A DNA stretch of 60,163 nucleotides from positions 1 through 60,163 of the IMG/VR virus record IMGVR_UViG_3300012090_000001. One strand, 5' to 3'. The notes under the pieces are model-generated. The model was not told where the DNA came from. It worked only from the letters and a program-made list of their open reading frames with translations, and did no database searches. The position numbers and the translations under genes were made by a program. Position 1 is the first letter of the stretch; each line of letters begins with the position of its first letter. The stretch comes from a virus. Positions 17,919 to 26,333 of this stretch are shown here, one piece after another.

Positions 17919-19268
17919 TCAGAAGAGGCGGGAGGGACTGCGGTAGCTGGCGAAAACCGGCTCGGGACGGCGGCCATCGGGGAACCGGTCGCACAGGCCG
18001 CCTCGAAGGGCGTCGATCAGGTCTTCGTAGGGGTGCTGGGGGTCGACGGGCCGATCGATCCACTGCTTGGCCCGCTGGGCCCGCCTGTAGTTCGCGAAGG
18101 CGTTGATCAGGTGCTGGCAGCGGGGGTGGATGAGGAGTTCCGGCGGGTCGACGCTGACGAATGACTCGAGGAGCGAGAGGGAGTCGAGGACGGGCCTAAT
18201 CGGCCAGGGATGGACTTTGAGGCCGGCTCGTTCGTATTCGCCGAAGACGGTGGGGCCGATCGCGTTGACGGCTCGTCCGGCAGGGTCAGTCGAGATGCTG
18301 TCGACTCGCGAGGAGCAGCGTTCGGCGCTGACCGCCTTGACGTCTTCAGCGACCCTAAGAGCCCCTCGTCCCATACTGTAGTAATCGGCGAAGACAACCA
18401 CACCCGGCGGCCTGGCCTGAAACCACACCGCAGCGGATTCGTTGCCAGAGTCCAAGCCGACGTAGACGGGGAAAGATGGGTCGTATTCCGCGCCACCACT
18501 CACGTGCTTGTCGGCGTCAAAGCCGTCGAACCACGCTCCCTCGCCGGCAGCCCAGAGGCCGTAGCGGAGGCGTTTCTTGCGGGAGCCGGTGAGCCGATCG
18601 AGCGTTGCGACATACTTGCGGCCGGCGTCGGTCCACTTGCCGTCGCGATACAAACCGGGGTTAGCCTTGAACGACGTGTCCCAGAGTTTCGTGAGCCCTT
18701 TGTCCGCCCGCTGCTTGAGCCAGTGGCCCGGATCGCCAGGATTCGTGTCAGCGATCAGGTAGCCGAGTCGGCTAGGTCGTCCGGGGCGGTTCAGGCGGCT
18801 CTGAAGCGTCTCCCACGTCTCCTCGTCGGTCTCGATCGCCTCGTTGACATAGATGACGTCCCAGGCCGAGGAGAGGATCTTGTCGGGGTCGTCGAGCCCC
18901 CCTAATGCGATCTCCGATCCCTTGGGATAGATGTAGCTCTGGCGAGTTCTCCGCTGGGCTCCCCTCGCGATACTCTCCATCCCGTCGGACGGGAGGATCT
19001 CCTGTTCGTAGGTGACGAGGACCGACTGAGTCAGGCTGGCTCGGGCTCCCCGGCAGATCAGGATTCGGAGCCCTCGATAGTCCCTCGCGAGGCAGTGGAG
19101 GACTCTTAAGATCGAGTAGGTCTTGCCCGTCCCGGCAGCACCGACCACCAAGAGGTCAGGCGGGAGCGTCCCCTGGATCATCGCCGCCTTCAGGCGACTG
19201 TCGACCCGATAGTTCCGCATCGAGTCCGGGGATGTCGATTCGGCGTTGATCGTCTCCGTCGTCTGCAT
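17919..19268 (-). CDS. terL: Terminase large subunit (449 aa; start may be 19220)
   Basis: Walker A VVGAAGTGKT, followed by a nuclease-like C-terminal half; follows TerS. Confidence 0.85.
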   Translation of the reverse strand: MQTTETINAESTSPDSMRNYRVDSRLKAAMIQGTLPPDLLVVGAAGTGKTYSILRVLHCLARDYRGLRILICRGARASLTQSVLVTYEQEILPSDGMESIARGAQRRTRQSYIYPKGSEIALGGLDDPDKILSSAWDVIYVNEAIETDEETWETLQSRLNRPGRPSRLGYLIADTNPGDPGHWLKQRADKGLTKLWDTSFKANPGLYRDGKWTDAGRKYVATLDRLTGSRKKRLRYGLWAAGEGAWFDGFDADKHVSGGAEYDPSFPVYVGLDSGNESAAVWFQARPPGVVVFADYYSMGRGALRVAEDVKAVSAERCSSRVDSISTDPAGRAVNAIGPTVFGEYERAGLKVHPWPIRPVLDSLSLLESFVSVDPPELLIHPRCQHLINAFANYRRAQRAKQWIDRPVDPQHPYEDLIDALRGGLCDRFPDGRRPEPVFASYRSPSRLF

Positions 19269-19734
19269 CGGGGCCGGACTTGTACAAGCCGTGGTACTGG
19301 GCGAGCTTGTCGAGCGCGAATTGCGGGTTGTGAAGCTCGATCTCGCTCTTGGTTTCGGTCGAGTCGCCGGCCTGCCCGCTGAACGTCTTGACCGTCACCT
19401 TGAGCTTCTTGAGGACGCGGGTCCGCTTGGCTCTCTTGGCTCGGGTCAGGTCGAGCCGAAATCCGCCCTCGTCGTCGATCCGGATGAAGTCGCCGAGATC
19501 GGCGGTTGCGTGTTCAGAGAGCCTGGCAAGCACTTCGTCGGCGGATATCGCAGCGGCCGAGATCCGCTCGCTGATGAACGTCGCGATCTTAGCGTTCTTT
19601 AGCAGCCTGTGAGCAGCCACGGCGGCCACGTTTGGCGCGCCGTACCCGGCTAACTGGGCCGCCTTGGTGCCATTGCCGTTCGCTACGCCAAGGTAGTATT
19701 CAACGAACAGTCGCTGTTTGTAGGAAAGGTCCAC
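19156..19734 (-). CDS. terS: Terminase small subunit (192 aa)
   Basis: KQRLFVEYYLGVANGNGTKAAQLAGY motif typical of the Terminase_2 family; overlaps the terL start. Confidence 0.75.
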   Translation of the reverse strand: MDLSYKQRLFVEYYLGVANGNGTKAAQLAGYGAPNVAAVAAHRLLKNAKIATFISERISAAAISADEVLARLSEHATADLGDFIRIDDEGGFRLDLTRAKRAKRTRVLKKLKVTVKTFSGQAGDSTETKSEIELHNPQFALDKLAQYHGLYKSGPDADDGDDQRRIDIPGLDAELSGRQSPEGGDDPGDAPA

Positions 19735-19754
19735 ACGTCAGGTTTCCAGGCCCA

Positions 19755-20357
19755 TCACACCACTTCATTCCACCGCGCGATCCACTGGGGCGGCGTCGAA
19801 TCGGGATCACTGCTGACGCAGGCGTTATTGCATCCGGCGATCGCGGCCTCAAGTTCGGCAGGGCTGATCGTCCGCCCCTGAGTCGGAAACTCCCTCGGCC
19901 CGATCAGTTGGTCGACGGCGTTGGAGTTGCGGGCGAGGGCATCACGGAGATCTTTCTCCGTCTCTTCGTGCCGTCTGATGGCTTCCTTGAGTGTTTCCTC
20001 GGCCCGCTTCTGCTCGTTCTCGCGACGGATGATCTTGCCGGCGTCCTCGCTCAAACGGGACCGCAGGCTGTTGATCTCGGCGGCCATCCTGTCTCGTTCG
20101 GCCCTGAGATCCCGAGTGAGTTGTTTCGCTTCGTCGAGCTTCGCATCCAGGTCGTCGTTAGCCTTGTAGGCCAACTCGACACGCCGCTCGGCGTCTTTGT
20201 ACTTGGCCTCTTCGCGGTCGGCGCGGGCGATGCAGTCGTCGAGGTCATGGCACTTCTTGTGGTAGTTCGCACGCCAGTCGACGATGGACTGGGTTTCCTT
20301 CTCCAGTTCGGCGATCACTGCCCACGGCCGGAAGATCCGCTTGAGGATGGGAATCAT
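19755..20357 (-). CDS. Coiled-coil protein (200 aa)
   Basis: Long charged heptad-like region (AKYKDAERRVELAYKANDDLDAKLDEAKQL...); ATGA coupling to the upstream small ORF. Confidence 0.6.
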   Translation of the reverse strand: MIPILKRIFRPWAVIAELEKETQSIVDWRANYHKKCHDLDDCIARADREEAKYKDAERRVELAYKANDDLDAKLDEAKQLTRDLRAERDRMAAEINSLRSRLSEDAGKIIRRENEQKRAEETLKEAIRRHEETEKDLRDALARNSNAVDQLIGPREFPTQGRTISPAELEAAIAGCNNACVSSDPDSTPPQWIARWNEVV

Positions 20358-20470
20358 GAGTTGCGGGTCCTGCTCCAGGCTTCAGCGAAGAAAGCACACG
20401 CCTGCTCGATGCACGATCCAACCGCCAGGACAAAGACTGCCGCGATGACATGGAAGTGGTCGGGGTTCAC
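20354..20470 (-). CDS. Small membrane protein (38 aa, below track cut-off)
   Basis: GTG 20470 lies 4 nt after the upstream stop, with GAGGGGAAG upstream. MNPDHFHVIAAVFVLAVGSCIEQACAFFAEAWSRTRNS; ATGA overlap with the next gene. Confidence 0.5.
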   Translation of the reverse strand: MNPDHFHVIAAVFVLAVGSCIEQACAFFAEAWSRTRNS

Positions 20471-20474
20471 GGAG

Positions 20475-21176
20475 TCACTTCCCCTCAGTATTCGGAGCCT
20501 TGGGCTTCACCGTGATGTCGTCGCTGGAGCCGGTGGCGGCCTTGAGGATCTCGATCTCTCGGGCGTTGTCCTTGGACTGCCTCCGCGTCTCCTTCACTTC
20601 CTGCACGAACGGCTCGACGATCCTCTCGGCGAGTTGGTTGTTGAGGATCGTCTGGTTGACGATGTGCTTGTCGGTGTGGAGCGTCGTCCTGTTGACGGCG
20701 GCGATCTGTTCCATCAGGTGGGCGTTGTCGGCTCGGAGGGACACGATCGTGGAGTTGGCCGTGGTCAACTCGCCCCTGATCTTGTCGACCGTGTCGTGCA
20801 GCCTCATGAAACTGTCGTTCAGCCGGTCGTACCGCAGCTGAGCGGCGTCCTCGGTCTTCTGCTGCCAGCCGAACTTGAAATCCATCAGCGACTTGCCGAT
20901 GACCGCGAACATCGCCGAGGCGGTGGCGGCGAGGCTGATGTACATCCCATAGGGCGGGATGGGCCCGGTCTCGGTCACGTACGGCGGCTGGGTGGGCGTG
21001 GCGGCGTATTGAACAACAGTCTTCGGCGTCCCCTCGATCGCCGCTTGCACCCCGACGCCCACGAGAGCGCCGATGATGCCGACGCTCGTGACCGCGGGAT
21101 AGAAGCCGAGCTGGAGGAGGCGATACGGCATTGTTCTGCGGCCTTTCGTCCCCGTCGCAAGCCGAGTTGATGGCAT
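20475..21176 (-). CDS. Two-TM membrane protein with C-terminal coiled coil (233 aa from ATG 21176; track start 21377)
   Basis: GAGGGG before ATG 21176; TM segments LLQLGFYPAVTSVGIIGALVGVGV and MYISLAATASAMFAVIG. Confidence 0.6.
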   Translation of the reverse strand: MPSTRLATGTKGRRTMPYRLLQLGFYPAVTSVGIIGALVGVGVQAAIEGTPKTVVQYAATPTQPPYVTETGPIPPYGMYISLAATASAMFAVIGKSLMDFKFGWQQKTEDAAQLRYDRLNDSFMRLHDTVDKIRGELTTANSTIVSLRADNAHLMEQIAAVNRTTLHTDKHIVNQTILNNQLAERIVEPFVQEVKETRRQSKDNAREIEILKAATGSSDDITVKPKAPNTEGK

Positions 21177-21264
21177 GAGAGTCGTCCCCTCATCGAACTC
21201 AGGGCTTGGGCAAGTCGCGGGCGATGGCCGCGTCATGGCGTGATCGGGGTGGAGGGTCGGGGTA

Positions 21265-21567
21265 TTAGGAGGTGATGGGCGGAGGAACGAGCGTGTTGGC
21301 GGTTCCGGCGGTGTCGGCCGCCTTCCAGACGGTGGCCATGAGCTGCATGAGGGCGACGCCGTCGCTGACCATCGCAACCCAGTTCCTGGCGGCGATGTCG
21401 GTCGCCAGCTTCCCGGCCGCTCCGATCAACTGCGCGATGAGCGTGGGGTCGACGCCTTGGACCGTCTGGGCCAGAGACAGCGCGTCCGACACCAGTTGCT
21501 TGAAGTCGCCGAAGAGGCTCGTGGCGTGATCGGGACTCAGGGTGAATCGCTGCGGCTCGGTGAACAC
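21265..21567 (-). CDS. Hypothetical protein (100 aa from GTG 21567)
   Basis: C-terminal part of ORF 21265..21759 looks coding. GTG lies 15 nt after the peptidase stop, with GAAGGA upstream. Confidence 0.45.
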   Translation of the reverse strand: MFTEPQRFTLSPDHATSLFGDFKQLVSDALSLAQTVQGVDPTLIAQLIGAAGKLATDIAARNWVAMVSDGVALMQLMATVWKAADTAGTANTLVPPPITS

Positions 21568-21581
21568 GGGAGTGGGGTCCT

Positions 21582-22511
21582 TCAGTTGGTCGGCGGAGGG
21601 TCGTTGAGGACGCCGATGAGCGTGCGGTTGGTCAGGTCGATCTGGCCGGTGAAGCCCCAGATGTTCGACGACGGTGTGGGAGTGGGCGTGGGCGTCGGGG
21701 TGGGGCTGGGCGCGGGGTAGTTTCCCGCCGGAAGCGCCGTCCCGCCCAAGGTCGACCACATTGACGTGTAATCGAGGTAGTGCTTGTTGGTCGGGGCGTA
21801 GCCGGCGGCGTTGAATAGGTCGCCGCCGATCGCCACGAAGGCGTCAGGGTCGCAGGACGCGAGCCCCGCCGGCGTCATGTAGCACCAAGAGCCCCAAGTC
21901 GCGACGAGGTAATAGCCTCGGAGGTCGTAGCCGAAGAGGTAGACCGCATGGCCATTGAGGGGGTTGGGCTTCACGCCCCCGTCCCACACGCCGCCGGTCT
22001 TGAAGTTGTTGAGCCACTTCGTGGGGACGGAGAGCTGGAACTGCACTCCGCCGAAGAAGTAGATCGCCCTCTGCATCAACTCGGCGTTGAGCGGAGAGAT
22101 GTCGCAGGAGTCGATGAGCTTGGACTTGGGGAAGCCGGGCAGGCCGCTCGTCTCCCAATAGTTGACCAACTGCTCCTCGTAGAGCCCCTTGTCGCCGCCG
22201 GCGAGCTTGAGGTACTCCTTGACGACCGTCGCCTCGTCGAACGGCAGCGGCGTCCCCGTGGTGTTGCCGGTCCAGACCTGCGCCTGGTGGCAGGCAGAGG
22301 CCATGAAGCAATTGCTGTATTGGGCGTTCCCCAGGATCGGCATCTGGATCTTGTTGCCGTTGCTCCAGTCGATGGAGGCAGGGGCGGCGGGCAGGCTGGG
22401 CGCGCGGAGTTCGCCGAGGAATGTGTTCCTCTTCGTCTTCCGCCGCATCGCGGACCGCTCGATGAACCGGACGGGGCGGCCGTCGGGCAGCGTGGCTTGG
22501 GTGATGCTCAA
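21582..22511 (-). CDS. Papain-like (C1-type) cysteine peptidase, endolysin candidate (309 aa)
   Basis: Q..NC nucleophile context (NAQYSNCFMASACH), GHAVYLFGYD His motif, ATWGSW; C-terminal PTPTPTPTP linker. Confidence 0.55.
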   Translation of the reverse strand: MSITQATLPDGRPVRFIERSAMRRKTKRNTFLGELRAPSLPAAPASIDWSNGNKIQMPILGNAQYSNCFMASACHQAQVWTGNTTGTPLPFDEATVVKEYLKLAGGDKGLYEEQLVNYWETSGLPGFPKSKLIDSCDISPLNAELMQRAIYFFGGVQFQLSVPTKWLNNFKTGGVWDGGVKPNPLNGHAVYLFGYDLRGYYLVATWGSWCYMTPAGLASCDPDAFVAIGGDLFNAAGYAPTNKHYLDYTSMWSTLGGTALPAGNYPAPSPTPTPTPTPTPSSNIWGFTGQIDLTNRTLIGVLNDPPPTN

Positions 22512-23170
22512 CGTCGTCCTCGGAGTTGTTTGACCAACAACCGCATGCCGTCGGAGTCGGCCGGCATCGCTGCGTGGTACTTGCAGGTCGTCAATCCCGC
22601 GCCGTCGTTCTGTAGGATCAGCGTCGCCGGGCCGGACACCTTCGCCGCCTCGTCACGCCACGGGGCCGCGATCTGCGACGAAGACTCGCAGAACCAGATG
22701 GAGTCCTTCGTGGGCGACGTGTTGAACTCGCGGATCAGGTCGAGGTCCAGAACCATCCGCTGGCGAGCCGGGCTCAGAGCGTGCTCGTCGGGGTAGATCG
22801 AGAGGACCCAGATCTTCCCCTGGAGGGTCGGCGGGGAGTCGTTCTGGGGCGAAGGGGCCGGCGGCGGCTCGTCGGGCGGCGCATCGGGCGAGGGGGAGTC
22901 CTTGTAGACGATCGAAACCGAGCCCTTGCCGTAGGTGATCGATGCGGGACCGACGATCGTGAGCGGCCGGGGGACGTCGGAGCCTACTCCTACCGTCAGG
23001 GTGACGGGCCCCGCCGCGGTGATGTCCACCGTCACCTGCGCTGCGGCATCATTGCCATGCAGCGCGGCGACAAACGCCAGAGCGAAAGCAGCGGCGGATT
23101 TGATGGTAGGGAGCAAGTTCGGGAGTGGGGCGGGGGTTGGGGCAGGAGCGGGTGTCAGCCCTTGCTGCAT
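22508..23170 (-). CDS. Secreted hypothetical protein (220 aa)
   Basis: Signal-like segment LLPTIKSAAAFALAFVAALHGNDAAAQ; overlapping stop/start with neighbours. Confidence 0.6.
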   Translation of the reverse strand: MQQGLTPAPAPTPAPLPNLLPTIKSAAAFALAFVAALHGNDAAAQVTVDITAAGPVTLTVGVGSDVPRPLTIVGPASITYGKGSVSIVYKDSPSPDAPPDEPPPAPSPQNDSPPTLQGKIWVLSIYPDEHALSPARQRMVLDLDLIREFNTSPTKDSIWFCESSSQIAAPWRDEAAKVSGPATLILQNDGAGLTTCKYHAAMPADSDGMRLLVKQLRGRR

Positions 23171-23406
23171 CAGGCCGGCGGCGACGGCGGCACCGAAGAT
23201 GAGAGCGAAGCAGACACCGCCCGCAAGCGATCGACGGCCGCGCTCAACCGCGGCTCGAATGAGTCCAATTGCTGCCTACCCTCCGCGACTTGGGACTGGA
23301 GGGCGGCGATCTGTTGGTCCCTGGCCTCAAGGGCGGCCTTCGAGTTAGCCTCGACGGTAGCCAGTTCGGCCTCGATCGCGTCGAGCGATTCGCTGGGGGT
23401 CGGCAT
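23170..23406 (-). CDS. Coiled-coil small protein (78 aa)
   Basis: ORF track; TGATG overlap with the next gene. Confidence 0.5.
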   Translation of the reverse strand: MPTPSESLDAIEAELATVEANSKAALEARDQQIAALQSQVAEGRQQLDSFEPRLSAAVDRLRAVSASLSSSVPPSPPA

Positions 23407-23413
23407 TGGTGCC

Positions 23414-23683
23414 TCAGGAGATGGATGCGGTGTCGGCGGTGAAGACGTAGACGCTCGGAGAGTCGGCCTCGACCGTCAGGGCTCGTCCGGGGAAGACATG
23501 ACCGTAATGACGGTCGATCTCACGATAGAGGCTGTCGAGCAAGCCCTGTTTAGCCGCCCGCTTGAAGACCGACGCGTGCCAGTCGCTCTCAGGCATGGCC
23601 TGGTCTTCATTCGTGTAGAAGCCGAATGCCTGCGCGATTTCGGCGCGGCGGACGTGAGGCAGGTCCAGAAACCGATAGACCAT
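23414..23683 (-). CDS. Hypothetical protein (89 aa from ATG 23683; track start 23842)
   Basis: The N-terminal part of the track ORF overlaps the nuclease gene and looks non-coding. ATG lies 15 nt after the nuclease stop. Confidence 0.5.
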   Translation of the reverse strand: MVYRFLDLPHVRRAEIAQAFGFYTNEDQAMPESDWHASVFKRAAKQGLLDSLYREIDRHYGHVFPGRALTVEADSPSVYVFTADTASIS

Positions 23684-23697
23684 GCGTCTTTGCGGAC

Positions 23698-24189
23698 TCA
23701 CTTCTCCAGCCCCCACAGCCCTCGCTTCGCGTCCCTCGCCTCCATTTCGCAAATTGCGAAACGGGCCCGAGTGGCGGACTCGAAGGGATACTTGGAGTAA
23801 AGGTGGGCGTAGCCTTCCTTGACCAACGTCTCGTTGATGCACTCGGAGCCGAGGTACACGTAGGCGATCTTGCGACCGTAGTGGTCCACGTCACCGGCGG
23901 CTGAGTCTGGGACCAATCTCACCAGTTCGCCGCACAGCCGGTCGTGGGTGTAGGCGGCGGCCTCGGGCCCGTACGGCTCGATGCCGGTTGGGCTCTTGTG
24001 GCTCTTATGAGTCTCCGGCGTGTCGACCCCGACCAGCCGCACAATGGTCAACTTGTGGGTCGTCTGATCTTCGACAACGATCGTGTCGCCGTCGATAACG
24101 CGGTCGACTCGCACCTCGTCAGGGACGAATGCCTCAGCGGGCTTCGGTTGGCCGAGGAGGGCAAGAGCGAGGATGAGAGTTGAGATCAT
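23698..24189 (-). CDS. Secreted staphylococcal-nuclease (SNase/thermonuclease)-like nuclease (163 aa from ATG 24189)
   Basis: VIDGDTIVV...VRLVGVDTPE...YGPEA...GRKIAYVYL...NETLVKEGYA motifs; N-terminal signal MISTLILALALLGQPKPAEA. Confidence 0.8.
   Translation of the reverse strand: MISTLILALALLGQPKPAEAFVPDEVRVDRVIDGDTIVVEDQTTHKLTIVRLVGVDTPETHKSHKSPTGIEPYGPEAAAYTHDRLCGELVRLVPDSAAGDVDHYGRKIAYVYLGSECINETLVKEGYAHLYSKYPFESATRARFAICEMEARDAKRGLWGLEK
23745..23761. repeat. 17-bp palindrome copy 2 (TTTCGCAA-A-TTGCGAAA), inside nuclease CDS
   Basis: Exact reverse complement of 9897..9913. Confidence 0.9.
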
Positions 24190-24299
24190 GGCTTTGAGAT
24201 GCTCATCACAAACCGTGCGAGGATCGCGCCGAAGATCGCCCAGCCGAGGAGGGTGATGATGAGCAAGACCCAGGGAAAGGCGGGGCGAGGGCGGGTCAT
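24186..24299 (-). CDS. Small membrane protein (37 aa, below track cut-off)
   Basis: MTRPRPAFPWVLLIITLLGWAIFGAILARFVMSISKP. TAATG overlap upstream and ATGA overlap with the nuclease start. Confidence 0.5.
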   Translation of the reverse strand: MTRPRPAFPWVLLIITLLGWAIFGAILARFVMSISKP

Positions 24300-24595
24300 T
24301 AGGTTGCAACAGAGCGACGGGCCTTGAACTCGCGAAGCGATTCCTTGGGGTCCAGGCCACGCTCTTCAAGCCATTGACGCCAGCCGTCGATACCCCAGTC
24401 GTGGTCCTCGGCCAAGTTCTTCGGCTTGGCGAATCCCATCGTGAGATCCAAGGCGTCGGCCGTGACCGTCTGGATCATGTGGTTGAGCGTCTCGCGATCC
24501 ACATCGCGCTCATCGCCGTACTCGACGATGGTCCAAATGGTGGCGACGGCGCGCCGAAGGATCTCAACCGCCGCCTTAGCCTCAACCGGGCCCAA
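24299..24595 (-). CDS. Hypothetical protein (98 aa)
   Basis: ORF track (TTG start); coding-like sequence. Confidence 0.5.
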   Translation of the reverse strand: MGPVEAKAAVEILRRAVATIWTIVEYGDERDVDRETLNHMIQTVTADALDLTMGFAKPKNLAEDHDWGIDGWRQWLEERGLDPKESLREFKARRSVAT

Positions 24596-24890
24596 TGGGA
24601 CCTCCTATCGGCGGCATCGGGAAGATCGGCGGCGGGGGAGATCCCGGGAACGGGCCGGGGTCGCCTTCTGGGGGAGGAACCGGGTAGTCGGGCGCATCAG
24701 GGTCGGGATCGGGCACATCCGGATCACCAACGGGCAACCCCGTATCCGGGCCGATGTCCGGATCGTCCCCAACAACGCCCGTGTTATCCACGCCGCCATC
24801 TGGCGAGCCTACGTCGATCGACAGGCTCAACAGCCTGCGACGCTCTAGCTCGCCGTCGTCCCAGGGACGGTATTTGCGGGATTGACGCAT
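24582..24890 (-). CDS. Pro/Asp-rich hypothetical protein (102 aa)
   Basis: ORF track; G/C-rich third positions; first gene after a 164-bp gap. Confidence 0.45.
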   Translation of the reverse strand: MRQSRKYRPWDDGELERRRLLSLSIDVGSPDGGVDNTGVVGDDPDIGPDTGLPVGDPDVPDPDPDAPDYPVPPPEGDPGPFPGSPPPPIFPMPPIGGPIGPG

Positions 24891-25054
24891 TGAGGTGGGA
24901 AGGGATGCCTGGCGAGCGGAGGTGGATTCGCTCCTTTACTCCCCGCAATTAGCACCCTTGGGGTACTCGCCAGATCTATCGATCAAAACCCCGTCCCCCG
25001 CTCCCAGGTGTTAGAACGCTGGTGACGGCAGGCGGTCCGGGGTTGGTTCGACTG

Positions 25055-25666
25055 TCAGGTAAATCCAAGTTCAGCGGCCGTGTTCCGCAGGATTCGCCGC
25101 ATCTCTTCTGAGTAGCCGAATCGCTTCTGGTTGAGATCGATCGACCTCAACAGGTCGCCGTCTTTATGGCGGAGCGTGGCGGCCTTCCAGTCGCATAGCA
25201 TCTCGATGATGTCGAGCAGCGTCATGCCGTGGAGGCCTTTGTCCGTCTTCGGCTCTAGCCACGACTCATAGATGATCCCGTTGCGCGAGCAGACGGGACA
25301 GTATCGTTGCCCGCTGTCGTTCGGGCCCTGCGGAGCGTCTTCCCACTGGGCTTCCGTGAACCGGCCGTCGCAGATCCCACACCACCATCGATAATGCTCG
25401 GGGTGGTGGCTGTTCGCCGCGTAGTGGTGATCCAGGGCCGGCTTCATGGCCGCCAGGAAACCCTTGTACTCATCAGAGCCGTAGGTTGAGTCCTTCAACT
25501 TGGGCGTAAACTCATCAAAGGCTTCCTTCTCGGGGCTATCTATCTTAGATGCGTCATGGGCGTTGGATCGTTCGCCGAGGTTCTGAAGCACCAACGACAG
25601 CAGGAACCTGACCTTGTCGATGTGCTCGAGAGTGTCGAGTTTTGAATCGTAAGGCGATTCGCTCAT
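25055..25666 (-). CDS. DUF5662/HD-related-like protein with inserted zinc ribbon (203 aa)
   Basis: HI..V...L..R...HD.SK ... HH..N.HHPEHY ... MTLLDIIEMLCDW pattern, by eye. CGIC...CPVC insertion; visibly lower GC than its surroundings. Confidence 0.5.
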   Translation of the reverse strand: MSESPYDSKLDTLEHIDKVRFLLSLVLQNLGERSNAHDASKIDSPEKEAFDEFTPKLKDSTYGSDEYKGFLAAMKPALDHHYAANSHHPEHYRWWCGICDGRFTEAQWEDAPQGPNDSGQRYCPVCSRNGIIYESWLEPKTDKGLHGMTLLDIIEMLCDWKAATLRHKDGDLLRSIDLNQKRFGYSEEMRRILRNTAAELGFT

Positions 25667-25675
25667 TGATGCCTT

Positions 25676-26104
25676 TCAAGCCGCCTGAAGTTCCTTGGCC
25701 GCCTTCTTCGCCTGACGCCTTCTCGCCATCTTGCCGCTCGTCGGCTTGCCGGATCGTTCCTCGGCGCGAGTGGGGCCGGGCAGGGGGATGGCCTCAACGG
25801 CGGGCTCGGGTTTGGGCCGTTCCCGCTCGTCGATCACCAGCCGCTTGTCATAGTCGCGTCCATAAGCTGCGCAGACTTCGCAATATAGGTATGAGCCCTT
25901 GCGGATGGACCCGTTATGAGGGCAGGCGGCTGCGGGCGTGAAAGGCTGGACGCCGTACATCGGGACCGCGTGAGGGTCCGCAGGGCGAGGGTCAGGCGCA
26001 ATCCAGCCAGTCCAACGGTCGCGAGCGGTAGAAGGCACGAGCTTCCCCTGGAATGCGTTGGTATCGCTCGTGTGCAGATTGCCTTGTGATGCCCAGAATT
26101 CCAC
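25676..26104 (-). CDS. Cys/His-containing protein with basic C-terminus (142 aa; alternative start ATG 25960 gives 94 aa)
   Basis: ACPHNGSIRKGSYLYCEVCAAYG then a KMARRRQAKKAAK tail. The long form overlaps the upstream gene by 113 nt. Confidence 0.5.
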   Translation of the reverse strand: MEFWASQGNLHTSDTNAFQGKLVPSTARDRWTGWIAPDPRPADPHAVPMYGVQPFTPAAACPHNGSIRKGSYLYCEVCAAYGRDYDKRLVIDERERPKPEPAVEAIPLPGPTRAEERSGKPTSGKMARRRQAKKAAKELQAA

Positions 26105-26237
26105 CGATGACGCGAAATGAAACCTGCCTAGCCCGCAACTTCACAATCATCACATCGCGGGCTAGCTCGATTGTCTTCGCATCAGAATCAAGGCCACGCT
26201 CGACCGCCACGCCGATACCCTGCCGGTTGACGAACAT
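25992..26237 (-). CDS. Small HTH DNA-binding protein (81 aa)
   Basis: SFRVIGGILGITRQSAHERYQR helix-turn-helix; GGGAGAG Shine-Dalgarno. Confidence 0.6.
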   Translation of the reverse strand: MFVNRQGIGVAVERGLDSDAKTIELARDVMIVKLRARQVSFRVIGGILGITRQSAHERYQRIPGEARAFYRSRPLDWLDCA

Positions 26238-26333
26238 TGCTGCTCTCCCATTAGGGAATGGCGTCAGGAAGAGTTCCCAGAAATCGACGTAAGGCGTTCT
26301 AGATATCGACGATAAAAAAAATTCGTTTGTCAG

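Noticed and set aside
14282-18164. Very long plus-strand ORFs antisense to structural genes (for example 14282..16270, 16239..18164, also 206..1183, 11355..12869, 55693..57216).
   Set aside because: Their translations are Arg/Gly/Asp/Pro-rich low-complexity strings. They lie opposite genes with recognisable capsid, portal, terminase or tail motifs and lack Shine-Dalgarno sequences. These are the typical shadow ORFs of GC-rich DNA.
19156-19268. The 113-nt terS/terL overlap, considered as a programmed frameshift.
   Set aside because: terL has alternative in-frame starts (for example 19220), and no slippery site was noticed. This is probably ordinary start-site uncertainty.
23170-23275. An alternative frame upstream of gene 22508..23170 encodes a TM-like segment (SLAGGVCFALIFGAAVAAGLM). 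This suggested that 23170..23406 and 22508..23170 might be one frameshifted membrane protein.
   Set aside because: That frame has a TAG at its 5' end and no start codon, and third-position G/C does not clearly favour it. The downstream gene already has its own signal-like segment. Left as two genes.
25992-26104. The 113-nt overlap between the HTH gene and the long form of gene 25676..26104, considered as evidence for a frameshift fusion.
   Set aside because: Both frames look coding, and an internal ATG at 25960 gives a non-overlapping alternative. The start is simply ambiguous.
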